A stretch of DNA of 64,000 bases from Prorocentrum cordatum (Eukaryota), in assembly GCA_963575745.1 (NCBI GenBank), contig CAUYUJ010000022.1:1-64000 (forward strand), in the 5' to 3' direction. The notes below the pieces were generated by a model. That model searched no databases. It was not told where the DNA came from and saw nothing but the letters and a program-made list of their open reading frames with translations. Made by a program: the position numbers and the translations under genes. This document shows, piece after piece, positions 22,650 through 33,659 of this stretch (the first letter of the stretch is position 1; the number at the start of each line of letters is the position of its first letter).

Positions 22650-23530
22650 GGCCGCCGCCCGCCGTCATCCTGGCGTGCTTCATTGCCCCCTGATGTACTT
22701 GATCGCGTAGTCGTTTGCTGCCTTAGACGTAGCAGTACGGTTCCAGCGGGGTGTACAACTCCGCAGTGTCGCCTTCCATGTCCCCGTTCTCACGGTCTCT
22801 TGGCTGCAGCCATCTGCGGTGTATAGCGTCCATGATGGCGTGAGCAAGTAGTCTGCGCGTCTCGGTGGTGTGGATCCTCGCGGCAGCGCTCTCCCAAGGG
22901 CCGTCGTTGCTCCGTCCAGTTGAATGGTGGCCACGGTTGGGTAGTAGTGCGACCGTCCGTCGTATTTATGGTACCTGTATTGCGATAAGTGTAGTCGATC
23001 TCACTGCTGTCTGTCCTGTCATGCAGTGACCGAAGGTGATGACGTCCACCCCGTCAATGCCACTCCAGTTTTTTTTTTCCTGATAGCAGTCAGCAGCTTG
23101 CTGTATCCCTTCCGTCGTTGTCTATGGCGGGGTGCTCCGTGATCATGGCGGCCTTCAGGTTTATGCATATGTACGCCAAGAGAATAGTGGTACGCATGCC
23201 CTGGTTGTCGCTATGTAGTTGTTCGAGCTGCCGCAGACACAGGTGCTGTAGTCCCCAAGGTTGACGCTGGCTCCTCAGATGTCGCGTTTGGTACCTGCCC
23301 CATGTCTCGCGTAGTGACCCAACTGTGATAGCGGCGACGCGGCCGCGTAGTAGTTGGTCTCTCCAGAACTGCGTGGTGCCCCATTTCGCGAGGTCGCTCT
23401 TGATCTCGCCGTGGGCGATGTCGATGGAGAGGGTTATGATGCTGTTGCCGTTGGGGTTGAGGTACTCTATCCATTGTTGCACGTCACCGCCGCGTCTGTG
23501 TCCACTGCAGATGCGTAGGATGACCTGTCT
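22650..23530 (-). pseudogene. Cytosine-5 DNA methyltransferase-like domain remnant
   Basis: VILRICSGHRRGGD (motif I-like), LSIDIAH (motif II-like), GSLRETW (degenerate GPPCETW, motif IV), ITEHPA (motif VI-like), then VITFGHCMTGQTAVRST and GTWKAT in shifted frames. Confidence 0.7.
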
Positions 23531-23789
23531 CGAAGTACCTGTGGGTCTTGGCATGGGCGTCTGGTCAGGTCTTGATCCCACCCGTGATGTAGCAGGTATG
23601 GGCATCTCTCTTATAGCCTCGTGGTCCTTGACGTACAGCGGCGGCATGTCAGTCTTATAGCTGGCGGTGTGCGCGTGTAGTGGAGTAGTCCAGCCTTAAT
23701 GTTGACTCTTTTCTCGTCGCGTATGGCTTCTCGGTTTGCTTCAGTGGTTGCCTCGGCCTGCCTGCCTGCGTCTCGCCCCCATTGTGCCG

Positions 23790-23975
23790 CGCATGCAGTG
23801 CACGCGAGTAGGTGCTTGACGAGTCTTCCAAATGCGTGGCACGCGTTGCAGCATGTCAGGCATCTTGTTCCATGAGCCCATCTAGTTTGGTGGTCATCTG
23901 CTGGGTGGTGTTTTCCCACGCGGACGTAGAATGCATGGATCTCGGTAAAAGTGGCGCCACACTCGTAGCACATGA
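23790..23975 (-). pseudogene. Zinc-finger remnants after RT
   Basis: CYECGATF...VGKHH and CLTCCNACH...LVKHL..C..C in ORF 23611..24234. Confidence 0.65.
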
Positions 23976-24239
23976 CCGCCTTGTCGTTGTGGATGTCGTC
24001 GGTCATGAGTGGTGGTCGTGACATGGTCGTCATGCCGCCGTTTCGGTAAGGTTGCAAGCTGCTGTGCCATTGTCGTAGGTGTTCTTGATCGCTGTTGTGT
24101 CGCATGTTGCGCTGCGTCACGGCATTGACCTGCGACGTGAAGATTTGAGGTGTCTTGCGGGTTGCGCTGGAGGTGAGGTCGAGGTCCGCGGTAGATGCGC
24201 ATGCAGGTGTACGTGTTTGGTCGTCGAATTTCAATACGT

Positions 24240-25480
24240 ACTTTGCCTTTGTTGATCTTCTGGTGGCCGTGGCCAGCTGCTACCCTGCATCCCTTCAGGT
24301 TCTCGGCCTCGATGCTATGGGGCTGCCCATGTTTGAGAAGGTTCCAGCTGTATGAGTTGTAGAAGAGGACCGAGTTGGTGAGCGCGTTGTTGAGGAGGGT
24401 CTTGTTGTCGATGCTCAGCTGTTTTCGCTTGTAGACTTCTCTGCGTAGTGGGGCTCTGCCCGTCGTGGCCGTTGAGATTTCCCGCTGCTTCTCTGGTCCT
24501 TGCCCTCCGTCGTATACTGCGGTGCCCAGCGACATCTGGTGGTTGACGAACTCGATTGGTTCGCTGAGGTGCTCGTTCTCTATGTTCGTGATGCTGAGCC
24601 TGGCGAGTTGCTCCTTCGCTGTGTTGATCGGTGTCCGCGCATGAGCAACATAACACTGGCCTTTTTGGCGTTGGGTCGCATGCCGTGGGCCATGGCCCAT
24701 GTGACTATGATGTTGGAAAGCGTCTTGGCCGTGCTGGTGATGTCATGTGCAGCGCTGCGTCGCATGCGGGCGTGGGCGTTCATGTCGTGTACGAAGTCAG
24801 CGTGTCTTGGTGGTCGTTCCCGCGCAGATGTGACTGGGTCCGCGTGTCTCGATTGCGGTGCTGGCGGCGAAATTTTTGCGCTGCTGCAAGTAGGCGTGGA
24901 GGTAACTTCCTCATCTGTTATCTTCCTCAGGTTGGCCTTCATCTCCGGCATGGGGGGCCACGCTGATGTTGCCCCAGTATTGGTTGCAAACAAGGCCGTC
25001 GGTATGTGAGCGCGGTGCGCGAGCAACCTCTGTGGTTCGTTCAAACCCAGGTTCGGTAAATTTGACAATAGGTAGCCTGGGGGTCTGGGTCATAATTCTC
25101 CATTGGTTGGGCGTGAAGTATAGCTGCTTGCCGTGGTCGTCGTGGTAGGGGAGGTGCGTATGGAGGAGTAGCGAGCGGCTCAAAGTGTGTTTGTCGCGCC
25201 CCGCTTGAGATGACGGCGCACAGGTCGGCGGTGCGGGTTCCTCGCGGTAGTCTTGACCTCATGCACCCCTATGACGTGCAAATGTATGTCGGAGACCTGC
25301 TGTCGGATAATTGTGATAATGGCTACTTTTCACTTTTGTCGCGCCCCTGCTTCTCTTGGACCTCGGAGGAGCGTGCGCTGCGGGCGCAGCTGCGGATGTC
25401 GATCTTCGTGTCGCTGGAAGTCGCGGTGTATTGTGGTACGAAGTGGGTCGGTCGAGCTTGTATCTTCGTTGGAGGTGCCA
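24240..25480 (-). pseudogene. Partial APE endonuclease joined to the C-terminal half of RT (large internal deletion)
   Basis: EN-like PRLPIVKFTEPG...VARAPRS at about 25010-25085, followed within about 250 bp by RT-like DFVHDM (degenerate FVDD), GMRPNAKKASVML, HQMSLG (cf. YKHLG) and LTNSVLFYNSYSW. Confidence 0.6.
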
Positions 25481-25673
25481 GTCCGTGTTGGTCCACGTAG
25501 GGGTAGGCGTTCTTGGTTTCGTTGCCTGCTTATTGTCGCTCCCACTGTCGTTCTCTATCTGCGTGGCAGGCTCGCGTCCACTCTTCCGATGGACATTGCT
25601 GGCGGATGCTGTGCGTTGCTGCGTACATCTTGGCGGGGCTGTCTACCAGCTCGTTCCAGGGGTGTCCTGCGTG

Positions 25674-26051
25674 TCATCGTACGTGGTCAGTGTTTGGGTT
25701 GACCGCCTCAGCGGTGGGGTCGTGCAGTACGAAGTCGGTCATCTGATTGGGTTTCTTTGGTTGGAAACTGTCCTTGGCGAGTCCTCTGGCAATCATGGAG
25801 TCGGTATGTATAGTGACGTCAGGTTCAGGGGTGGCGTTGTCGAGGTGTGCATATATCCGTGCTCGCGCCAAAATGAGAGCTGCTAGTTCTGATGTGGCAG
25901 AGTTGCTTGGAAAACTGTCATCTTTGAATGGCGTATTGCTGTGTGCGCTGACACTTCCCTGGTAGATGTAGCCTTGTTCGTCTTCGGCGGTGGTAACCAG
26001 GGTCCATGAGTCTTGGGTGGAGTCGCGCTGATGTGTGCCGTCGTTGTACAT
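25674..26051 (-). pseudogene. RNase H domain remnant
   Basis: MYNDGT...SWTLV...NSATSELAALILA...VTIHTDS fits the RNase HI D-E-D catalytic pattern. Confidence 0.75.
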
Positions 26052-27299
26052 GTGCCATCATTTGACCTGTTGATGGGGTCAATCAAGGCGGGCACAGCTC
26101 AAGCGCCATGGCGGCGGCTGGGTGGCGGTCGGGAACGTTAGCTAGGTCGTGCTGTTGCTGGAGAGTAGGTGGCAACGTGAGTCTCAGGACGGCCGCTACC
26201 GGCTCCGCCGGAAGGAGTGGAACTGCCATCGTGAAGTTTCTCCCTTGCTGTGTACCTTGGGGGGGGTCACCCATGGGTACGTCGGTCTGCCGATGTAGCG
26301 CCCTCCGCGTCGATGTCCAGGTCGCCTCGCGCGGAGCCCGAGCTGTCGTCGCGCGGCGAGGCGCATCTGGTTGAAGTGGGAGTTGTGAGGTCTATGGCTG
26401 CTCCGCCACCCCTCCCTACGACCAGGCTTGCCGAGCTTCTGCTGGCGTTGTCTCGTTCTCCTGCTGGCGCGCGTTGCTGCAGGGGCTGCCCGAGGAAATG
26501 TGTCGTCGATTGCCTGTGCGACGCTGGCTGGTAAATAGGGAGCATTGCTGCTCGTTGAATTCCAGTTGGGCGTTGGCAGCGGGACCGTGCATTGGGTCGG
26601 GCCCGTCTGGTTCTGGAGCGGCCAGTTGTGGTGATGGTAGTCGTCCCGGTGTCAGTATGTCTAATGGTTGTTGCTACGCTGGCCCGATGGGCCTCAGTGG
26701 CGGCGGCGCCCCCAACGCCGCCGTCCCTCGCCAATTTTTCCTGCGTGGTCGTGGGCGCCCCCCTCGATGCCACTGCTGTCGTTGTCGTCGTAGTGGTTCA
26801 TGGGGGTGATGTTCCTCTCTTCTGCTGGATCCACTGCGCCCTGGCCGTCGGCCGCGGCGAAGCGTGCGGGGCGTCGCGGTAATGACTGAGGTCGGCTTTG
26901 TTCCGCGCGGTGTACGCGAACTTCTTCAGATGGCTGGGCGGGAGAGTCTTCGGTGGCAGCGATGCTGATCTGTTTGGTGGGGTGCCGATGTGGAAGGTCG
27001 TTGCTGGTCGGAAGTCGATCGGTGTCATGCATTCCATTGGTGACATGGTTGCTTCCCCTGGGGGTGTGCATGGTGTCGTTTCGGCTGTCACTGTTGGTTG
27101 GGCTAGTAGCCCCTCTTCGTCTGCTATCGGTGCCGACGCCTCGTCCCCCTTGAAGCCGCCGCGTTGGATGTGGGACTCTTTGGACCAACTGAGGTAGTAA
27201 TCGTCGTTCCTCGCCTGCGTTGAGGCTGGCCCCCATGGCTCAGGTCGTGCAGTTTTAATAGACTCGTCGGCGTCAGGTGAGGCGGCTGGGCTTTCGTCT

Positions 27300-29455
27300 T
27301 CTGATGTCGACTTAGCTGGGTTGATCAGGTCCTTCTCGCGGTGGCATTCGCCCCTCTGTGTCTGAGCGCCGTGGTCCTCGATGTCGGAGATCTCGGAGGC
27401 ATGGGCGACAGCGAGCTGGGCTCTTGGGCCATCTTTTCGCAGTCCTGTTCATCGTGGCGCCTGCAGGAAGGTAACAATGGAGTCGGGGTCGCTGTTCCTC
27501 AGCTGGCTGGCGAGGTCGTGGACGAAGTCAGCTTTTTGTTTCTTCTGCATTGCGTGGATCTCTGCGTGGGCTTCCTCGAGTTGTCGTGCACGCTGCTGCA
27601 TAGGTGTCTCTGTGACACGTTGCTCGTTGCAAAGCTGCCCGAGAAGGTGCCCCTGTGACTCTATGGAGGTTTTTGCAGCGTTGAGCTGGTGGCGGTCGCA
27701 GTGCATGCGTTCCGCTTGCAGCTCCGCTGTCGCCGCGTCAGCCTCTTTGAGCTGGCGCAGCTGACCGATGCGTTTCTGTTTTGCATTCCCTCGGTCCGCC
27801 CCCCCCCGGCCCCCGGTGCCTGGATGACCTCGGTCTTGTCATTCTGCTGTTTCTCCTCGGTATGCATGAGATCTGCTTTTGCCCGTAGATCTCGTTATCG
27901 AGGTAGCTGGTTCGTTGCTCTGAGAGGTTGTTGTTGTGCTGGATGCGCTTGCGGGCCTGGTCCTCCATGTTTGCGTTCTCAGCTTCCGCAATTACGAGTT
28001 CTTGTCGCAGCTGGTATTGTGCATGCTGTTGCTGATGGAGTTGACGAGCTGCGTTCCTTGTCTGCTGTAAGTCGTTGATGGTGATGTGTCGTTGGTGCTC
28101 TAGGTGCTGCATGGCTTCATCTTTCCCTTCTAAGCTCTGCTCTATTTTGTTGTGCGTGATGAACGAATCCGCGACTCGTGGCTGCCGCGGTTGGCGTACA
28201 TGTAGTCGTGCTTCTTCCAAGGCTCGTTGTAAGTACTCGCTGGGGGTGGCTGTCTCCTGGTAGCTCTCGTTGCATCGTCTCGATCACTGGGGGATTTTGT
28301 TGTTGTGGTCGACGGTCTGCCGCGTGATGTCGTTGGCCTCGCGGAGCTTGGTCCTGATAGTATCGATCATGATGCTGTGTGTCTCGGTCTTGTGCGTTCT
28401 GTGCTCTGCGATCGCCTCGGTTGCCTTCTTGATGGTGTGGATATCCTTCTTGTGCTCCTCCACCTGGTCGTGTTCGAAGCGCTGGAGCTTGCGGTAGCTT
28501 TCAACTTTCGTGGTTGTGGTGGGACTCCTTCGCTTCTTCGAGCTGGTTGACGATGGCTGTTTGCTGTGTGGCATGACTTCGCTGCAATTCAACTTTCCGG
28601 GGTGCTTCTTGGAGCTCTTGTCGCAGCCTGTTGACGGTGAAGGCCTCCGCAGGTACTTGGGTCGCTGGTGGTACTGGTGGCATTTATCCGATGTATCCTC
28701 GGTGGCGTCTCCGAATGTTGGGTGCTGCGGTGTCGGAGCGTTGTTGCTTTGTGCGCTTCCTGGGCGTCGTTGCTGGCTCGGCATCGGCGTCGTCGTCCGA
28801 ATCGGCCCCCGTGATGCTGTCGTGGAGCCTTCGACGTTGGCGATGTCGATCTCCCAGTAGCGTGGCCTTTTGCTGCAGCTCGTCTAGCTGATGCTGTGCG
28901 TCGCCCGTCTGGATGACGGTGTCGTTGGTCATGCTCTCAACCTCTCTCCGCTGGTCCTTGTGCGTCGTGCGAGTATAGCAGCATGGACTTCTGTAGTCGG
29001 GTCTTGGTGACGATGCCGTTGAAGTCGTCGTCGTCGTTGGCGTGCCGCTGGATAGTGGTAATGAGATAGTCGATGTCTGCCTTGCAGTTATTGCGGTGCT
29101 CCTTGACTCGTTCGTAGCGGCGCGTTGGGTGTGGCTCGTTCCAGTGCTGTTGTCTTCTGGCTTCGGTGAGGGTCATGGACGCGATGTTGGCAGCAGTCTC
29201 TTTTCTCGTCTCCTGTATACGTTGCACGTTGAGGCAGTGCTGTTGTTCTTTTTCTGGTTGCTGCTGGGGGTGATGTCCCATGGAGCTATTTCTGCCCGTG
29301 CCGCGGGTGTCGTCACGGCTGCGGGCGCGCCATTGTGTCCGAAGGGTTCTTGTGGTGTCCCCTTGGTGCTGCTGGTGTCGGTGCTGGTACTGCTGTTGGT
29401 GCCATTGTTTGTTGTGGTAGCTGCCGACTGGAGTCTGGGCCATCTTGGGCGCCAT
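27300..29455 (-). pseudogene. Fragmented coiled-coil ORF1-like protein
   Basis: Successive Q/E/H-rich helical ORF pieces (28937..29539, 28684..28932, 28501..28683, 28284..28784, 27738..28220, 27449..27706) separated by stops and frameshifts. Confidence 0.6.
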
Positions 29456-30089
29456 GGTGGTGTCGGGTGGTTGGGGTGGTTGTTGGGCGCTGTGGTGGTC
29501 GGCGAGAACTTGGCGTGCGCGCTCGAGGCGGAGGAGCACTCCAGCGTCGGCAAGCTCGCGGCGTAGGCGATGGTGTCAGGCAAGCGGCCGTAATCATCGG
29601 GGTAGGCCCCCCGTGGGTGCTGCGGTGGAGGACGTGGTGGCCCCATAGTCGAGGTAGACGAAGTCGCCGATGTAGTCGCACAGCTGCCTCCCCCCTGGCG
29701 CGGGACAAGAGAAAAGGATATGAGGTAAAGTTCCTTGCTCACGTTCGCCCCTCCAGCGTTCACACAAACAGCTGGCCCAGGCTTGTGTTAAGACATGTCC
29801 GGGGGGCTGGCCCAGATTTCTTACATGATAAGTTTCTCCATCATATTCTCGGCTGCATGAAGGGAGGACCCCCCCAGTCCTCTCTCGAAGGGGCGGGGGG
29901 AGGAACAGCGCTCCTGGCGTCGGAAGATTTGCTTTGAATGCCCCCACTCGGCACTGTGACCCCCAACCGGCGTTTCAGTTCCTGTTGCCTGCCACGCTTC
30001 GCGTGACGTCGAGACGCGGTTGATCTTGGGCCGCTCAAGAAGTACCTTTGGCCCTAAAAATCGCTGTGCAATGTAATGATTGGACTCAC

Positions 30090-30821
30090 GTCGAGGAGGT
30101 CCTCCTCCTCCCCAGAGATCCGACGCCCTGTTGTCCGCGTCGCCCCAACATACTTATACTATGTGTGCGTCTCCCCCCCAGGGGCGACGCGCGCACCGAG
30201 AAATCTTATAGTATATGTGTCGTGGCGGGCGCTTTCAGCCCGCCCCGCTCGGGAAACGATATACTACAAGATGGGTATACTATATGTTCGGGTCGGACGC
30301 GCGCCTCCAAGGAGGACATATAGTACTAGTATGTCCCTGTGCGTCCCATGTTGTTTCAATACGGGGGGGGCCCTGGAACTCTCGACTCCCTCCCCCAGGA
30401 CCGGCTTCTCCTCCCGAGTCGTTTGTTGACGGTCCCGGGGCCCGGCCAGGGCCCCTCGAGGCCGAAGACGGCGAGACAAATCCGCACAGATTGCTCAATG
30501 TGCTTCATTCCTGCGGGTTCTCCTCCCCCTTCCTCCCCGGCGAGGCCAGACCCTCGACGTTACGAGTTTTCAGAACGTCGACCCCAAGAGGTCTCGACCC
30601 ACTCCCTGGGGCCAGCTTCTTGTCCTGAGCAGGTGGTCGTGTTCTTATGCGTTGTTTTGCCCATCGGCGCGGGCCCTCGCACCCCCCCCTTCCTCCCAAT
30701 GTCGAAGCGCCGAATAAAGAAAGCGCTCACCAGTTCTCTGATGGCCCCGAGACGCCCGGCGAGCGAACCCCCCACAGAGGCGACCGTGGCGCAAGACTCA
30801 CCTCCCGCCGCGATTCTTTTC
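30090..30821 (-). CDS. Cluster of probable small exons of the same gene (30802-30821; about 30552-30624; about 30460-30510; 30090-30127)
   Basis: Each begins at AG|G and two end at GTGAG. Phases chain with the 32928 exon: G-KESRRE|DKKLAPG...NVE-G-MKHIEQSVRICLAVFG. Two of the donors are uncertain. Confidence 0.4.
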
Positions 30822-31304
30822 CTGGCCCGAGGGGAGGTCTGGGAGCCGCGATCATTTCCTTTCCTCGATCCTCCTCCTCCTTCTCGATTCTCCTTGCCTC
30901 CTCCTTGCCTCCTCCTTGCCTCCTCCTTGCCTCCTCCTCCTCCTCCTCCTCCTCCTCCTCCTCCTCCTCCTCCTTTCCTCCTCCTCCTCTTCCTCCTCCT
31001 CCTCCTCCGCCGCGACCCTGGAGCTGGCCCTGGGTATCCAGGGAGCGGGGGGAAATGAGGCGGGATGGAATCTGGAGGGCACCAGTCGAAGAAATGGTAG
31101 CCCCACAACCCCACTTGGGCAGCTCCTCCTTCTCTCCCGCCCCTCCTGCCCAGCCCCCCCCCCTTCCCGCTTCCCCCCCCTTTCCCCCGAGCCCCAGGAG
31201 CACGCCTCGCGCCTGGCCCGCCGGCATGCCAGCGGGGGGGCGCCCGATACCCCGGCGTCGCGGGTGCGCAGGCGGGGGGGGGGGGCAAGAGCCGGCCAAG
31301 CCTG

Positions 31305-32307
31305 AAGTCGGGCACGTCCCTCTGAAGGAGGGGCATTCGAGAACAGGAGGGACAAAACAGTCTGGTGACGAGAAGTTCATCATATGTTTCCTGTTTTGGA
31401 ATATGTTTCGCCATTTTTTCCCCTACCAAAATCCGCCTGCAGGAGGGCAGGCCCGGCCTGAGCTTGAGTCGGGCCTGCCCCTCTACAGGAGGAAGATGTC
31501 CAAAATAGACAAAACATAGTCTGGGGACGATTGCTTTCACTATGTTTGGCCACTGGCAGGTATGTTTGGACCATTTTTAAAATTCTTCGCCCAAAATCCG
31601 CCTGCAGGAGTCGGGTCGGGCGAAAGGGGGGGATTGGGAAAGGGGGGGTTTGAGAATCAGCTCACGTAGCTGCTTTTTCCGGCGCCTCCCGGCGCCGGAG
31701 GCGCCTATGTATCGAGGAATGGGCCCCTCGGTGAGGCCGAAACTAGCTGCATGCAGCAAATTTCGTAACCCCCCCTTTCCCAATCCCCCCCTTTCGCCCG
31801 GCCCGAAGGAGGGCATGCCCGACCGGAACCCAAGCCAAGCCCTGTCGAGAGACGGGGAGCGGCGAGCCGGCCACGCGCAGAGCCCGGAGACCCCTCGGGC
31901 CAGGAAGAGAAGCCACGGCGTGGGAGGGCTTTTTCGCTATACGCTCCGCCTCCGGGGGTCGAGCATCTGGGCTTCAGTCGGGCCTGTCCCTCTACTCAGA
32001 GGAGGGAAAGGTATACCCATACCTCTACCCTTGTCTCGTTTTCCCTGGTTTGGGCCTCCTGGGAGGCCCTCGTCGCCACCGCTGGATTCTCCTCGAAATC
32101 TTGGTCAGAACGCGCTCCGGGAGAGGTCCGGGGAGTAGCGGTATCGGTGCCTTTTGGTTTCCCATCTACAGGAGGAATATTTAAAAATAGTCAAAAAAAT
32201 AGTGTGGGGACGATTTGTTTTGACAATTTTTGGGTATCTTAGGGGTATGGTCTGAGTATGTTTGATTTTCCGTCCAGAATCCGCCTGTAGGGGGACATGC
32301 CCGACTT
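31305..32307. mobile_element. Nested cluster: three family B copies, one interrupted by family E (31611-31806) and one by family C (about 31995-32160)
   Basis: B termini resume after each insert; AGGAG duplicated around E and TCTAC around C. Confidence 0.75.
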
Positions 32308-32927
32308 AAATTTGGGCCTCCTGGGTGGGCCAGGAGGATCGCGCCGCATCGCCGATGCATCGGCGACGCAGCTCGATGCTGGGCCCGCCGACGTCGCCGA
32401 TGCATTACCGATGTGTCGCCGATGTGCGGTGGGGGGGTTGCTTAAGGGATGTGCCAGGGAGGCTTCAGACCCCCGGGGATTCCTTATCTCATGAGGGCGG
32501 CGGTGATATCCATGGCCAGTCCGTGATTGGAGCCCCACGGGTTGCCAGACCCTGGATTCCTTATGTAATGGTTTCTTATACAATGCCTCACCGCATCGCC
32601 GATACAGTGGTGATGCGGTGCAATCCGCCGACCACGTCTAGGAGGTCTCTGGAGCAGGGGATCGACTACATAATTGATTTACGCTAGCCTTGTTTTTCCA
32701 TCGAACCTACGAACGACTGCGCAGAGTGCTCTACGTTGCACTCTACGTACTTTTCGTAGACTCGACGAACAAGTCACATATGGGGTAACTCAATTTTGTG
32801 GTCGATCCCGTATTCGAGGGGGCCCCACCGAGCTTCGGGACCGTCGAAAATTCAACTCGGGATGAGAAACGGATCCCCAGAGGAACGGGGTTCGTTGCCG
32901 CCGGGGGTCGGGGGTTGGGCAGCTCAC

Positions 32928-33172
32928 CGCGGGGGAAGCGAGTCCACAGGGAGACGGTCCTGATGTGTATCTCCGTTTTCGGGCTCCCAGGGTCCTCCAC
33001 GCGGCCTGGGATTGTTAGGACACGATTCCGGATGAAAAAGTCGTCCTGGGGGAAGGCCTTGTTTCCTTCAGGGTCTGTTTCCCTGATGACGCGATTCCCC
33101 AATGCGAGGCAGCGGAGAGTCAAGGCACACGCAGACGGGGTTTGGGGGGAGTCAGCCATTGTCTTCCCGTCC
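32928..33172 (-). CDS. Probable exon of a host gene (DGKTMADSPQ...SLWTRFPR)
   Basis: Acceptor CCAG|G at 33173/33172, donor G|GTGAG at 32928/32927; stop-free, non-repetitive sequence. Confidence 0.5.
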
Positions 33173-33659
33173 CTGGGAGTGATTTTGGACTTTCGCGGGC
33201 CCCGTCTTGAGAAAGGCCACGCGTCGGATTTCTGGGAGGGGGAGGGGGATGGGGGGAGAAGGCGCGGGCCTTATCTTTAGATGTAGGGCCGGCACCCTAT
33301 CAGAAGCAGCTTCCTTCTACCCACCCCTCCCAACCCCTTGTGCGTGCCGTCACGAGAGAGCTGGCTGGATACGGCACAGAGGCGGTCCCCAGAGATCCGA
33401 CATGCTGATTTTTTCAACACGGTGTCCCCTGAAATCTCAACCCATTCCCCAGGACCGGTTTTTCATCCTCAGTCGTTTTTGACGGTCTTGGGGCCCAGCG
33501 AGGGCCTCTGTGGGTCGAAATCGGCGACAAACCTCCGTCTGGTCCCCAACCATCCTGTCGTGTTGGGTCCTCGTTTCGAGAAGACAGCACCCCGCATCAC
33601 TCCTTTTCCTTTCTCCTCCCCTCCCTTCTCCCCCTGCCTCTGCTCTTCGTGTACCCATT

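Larger units (their letters stand above)
18000..30035 (-). mobile_element. Decayed DNMT-bearing LINE-like retrotransposon with a 3' passenger ORF; boundaries approximate
   Basis: About 12 kb of uniform A/C-rich minus-strand sequence lacking the long microsatellites of the flanks; ordered remnants of ORF1, RNase H, APE, RT, zinc finger and DNMT; no TSD found. Confidence 0.7.
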
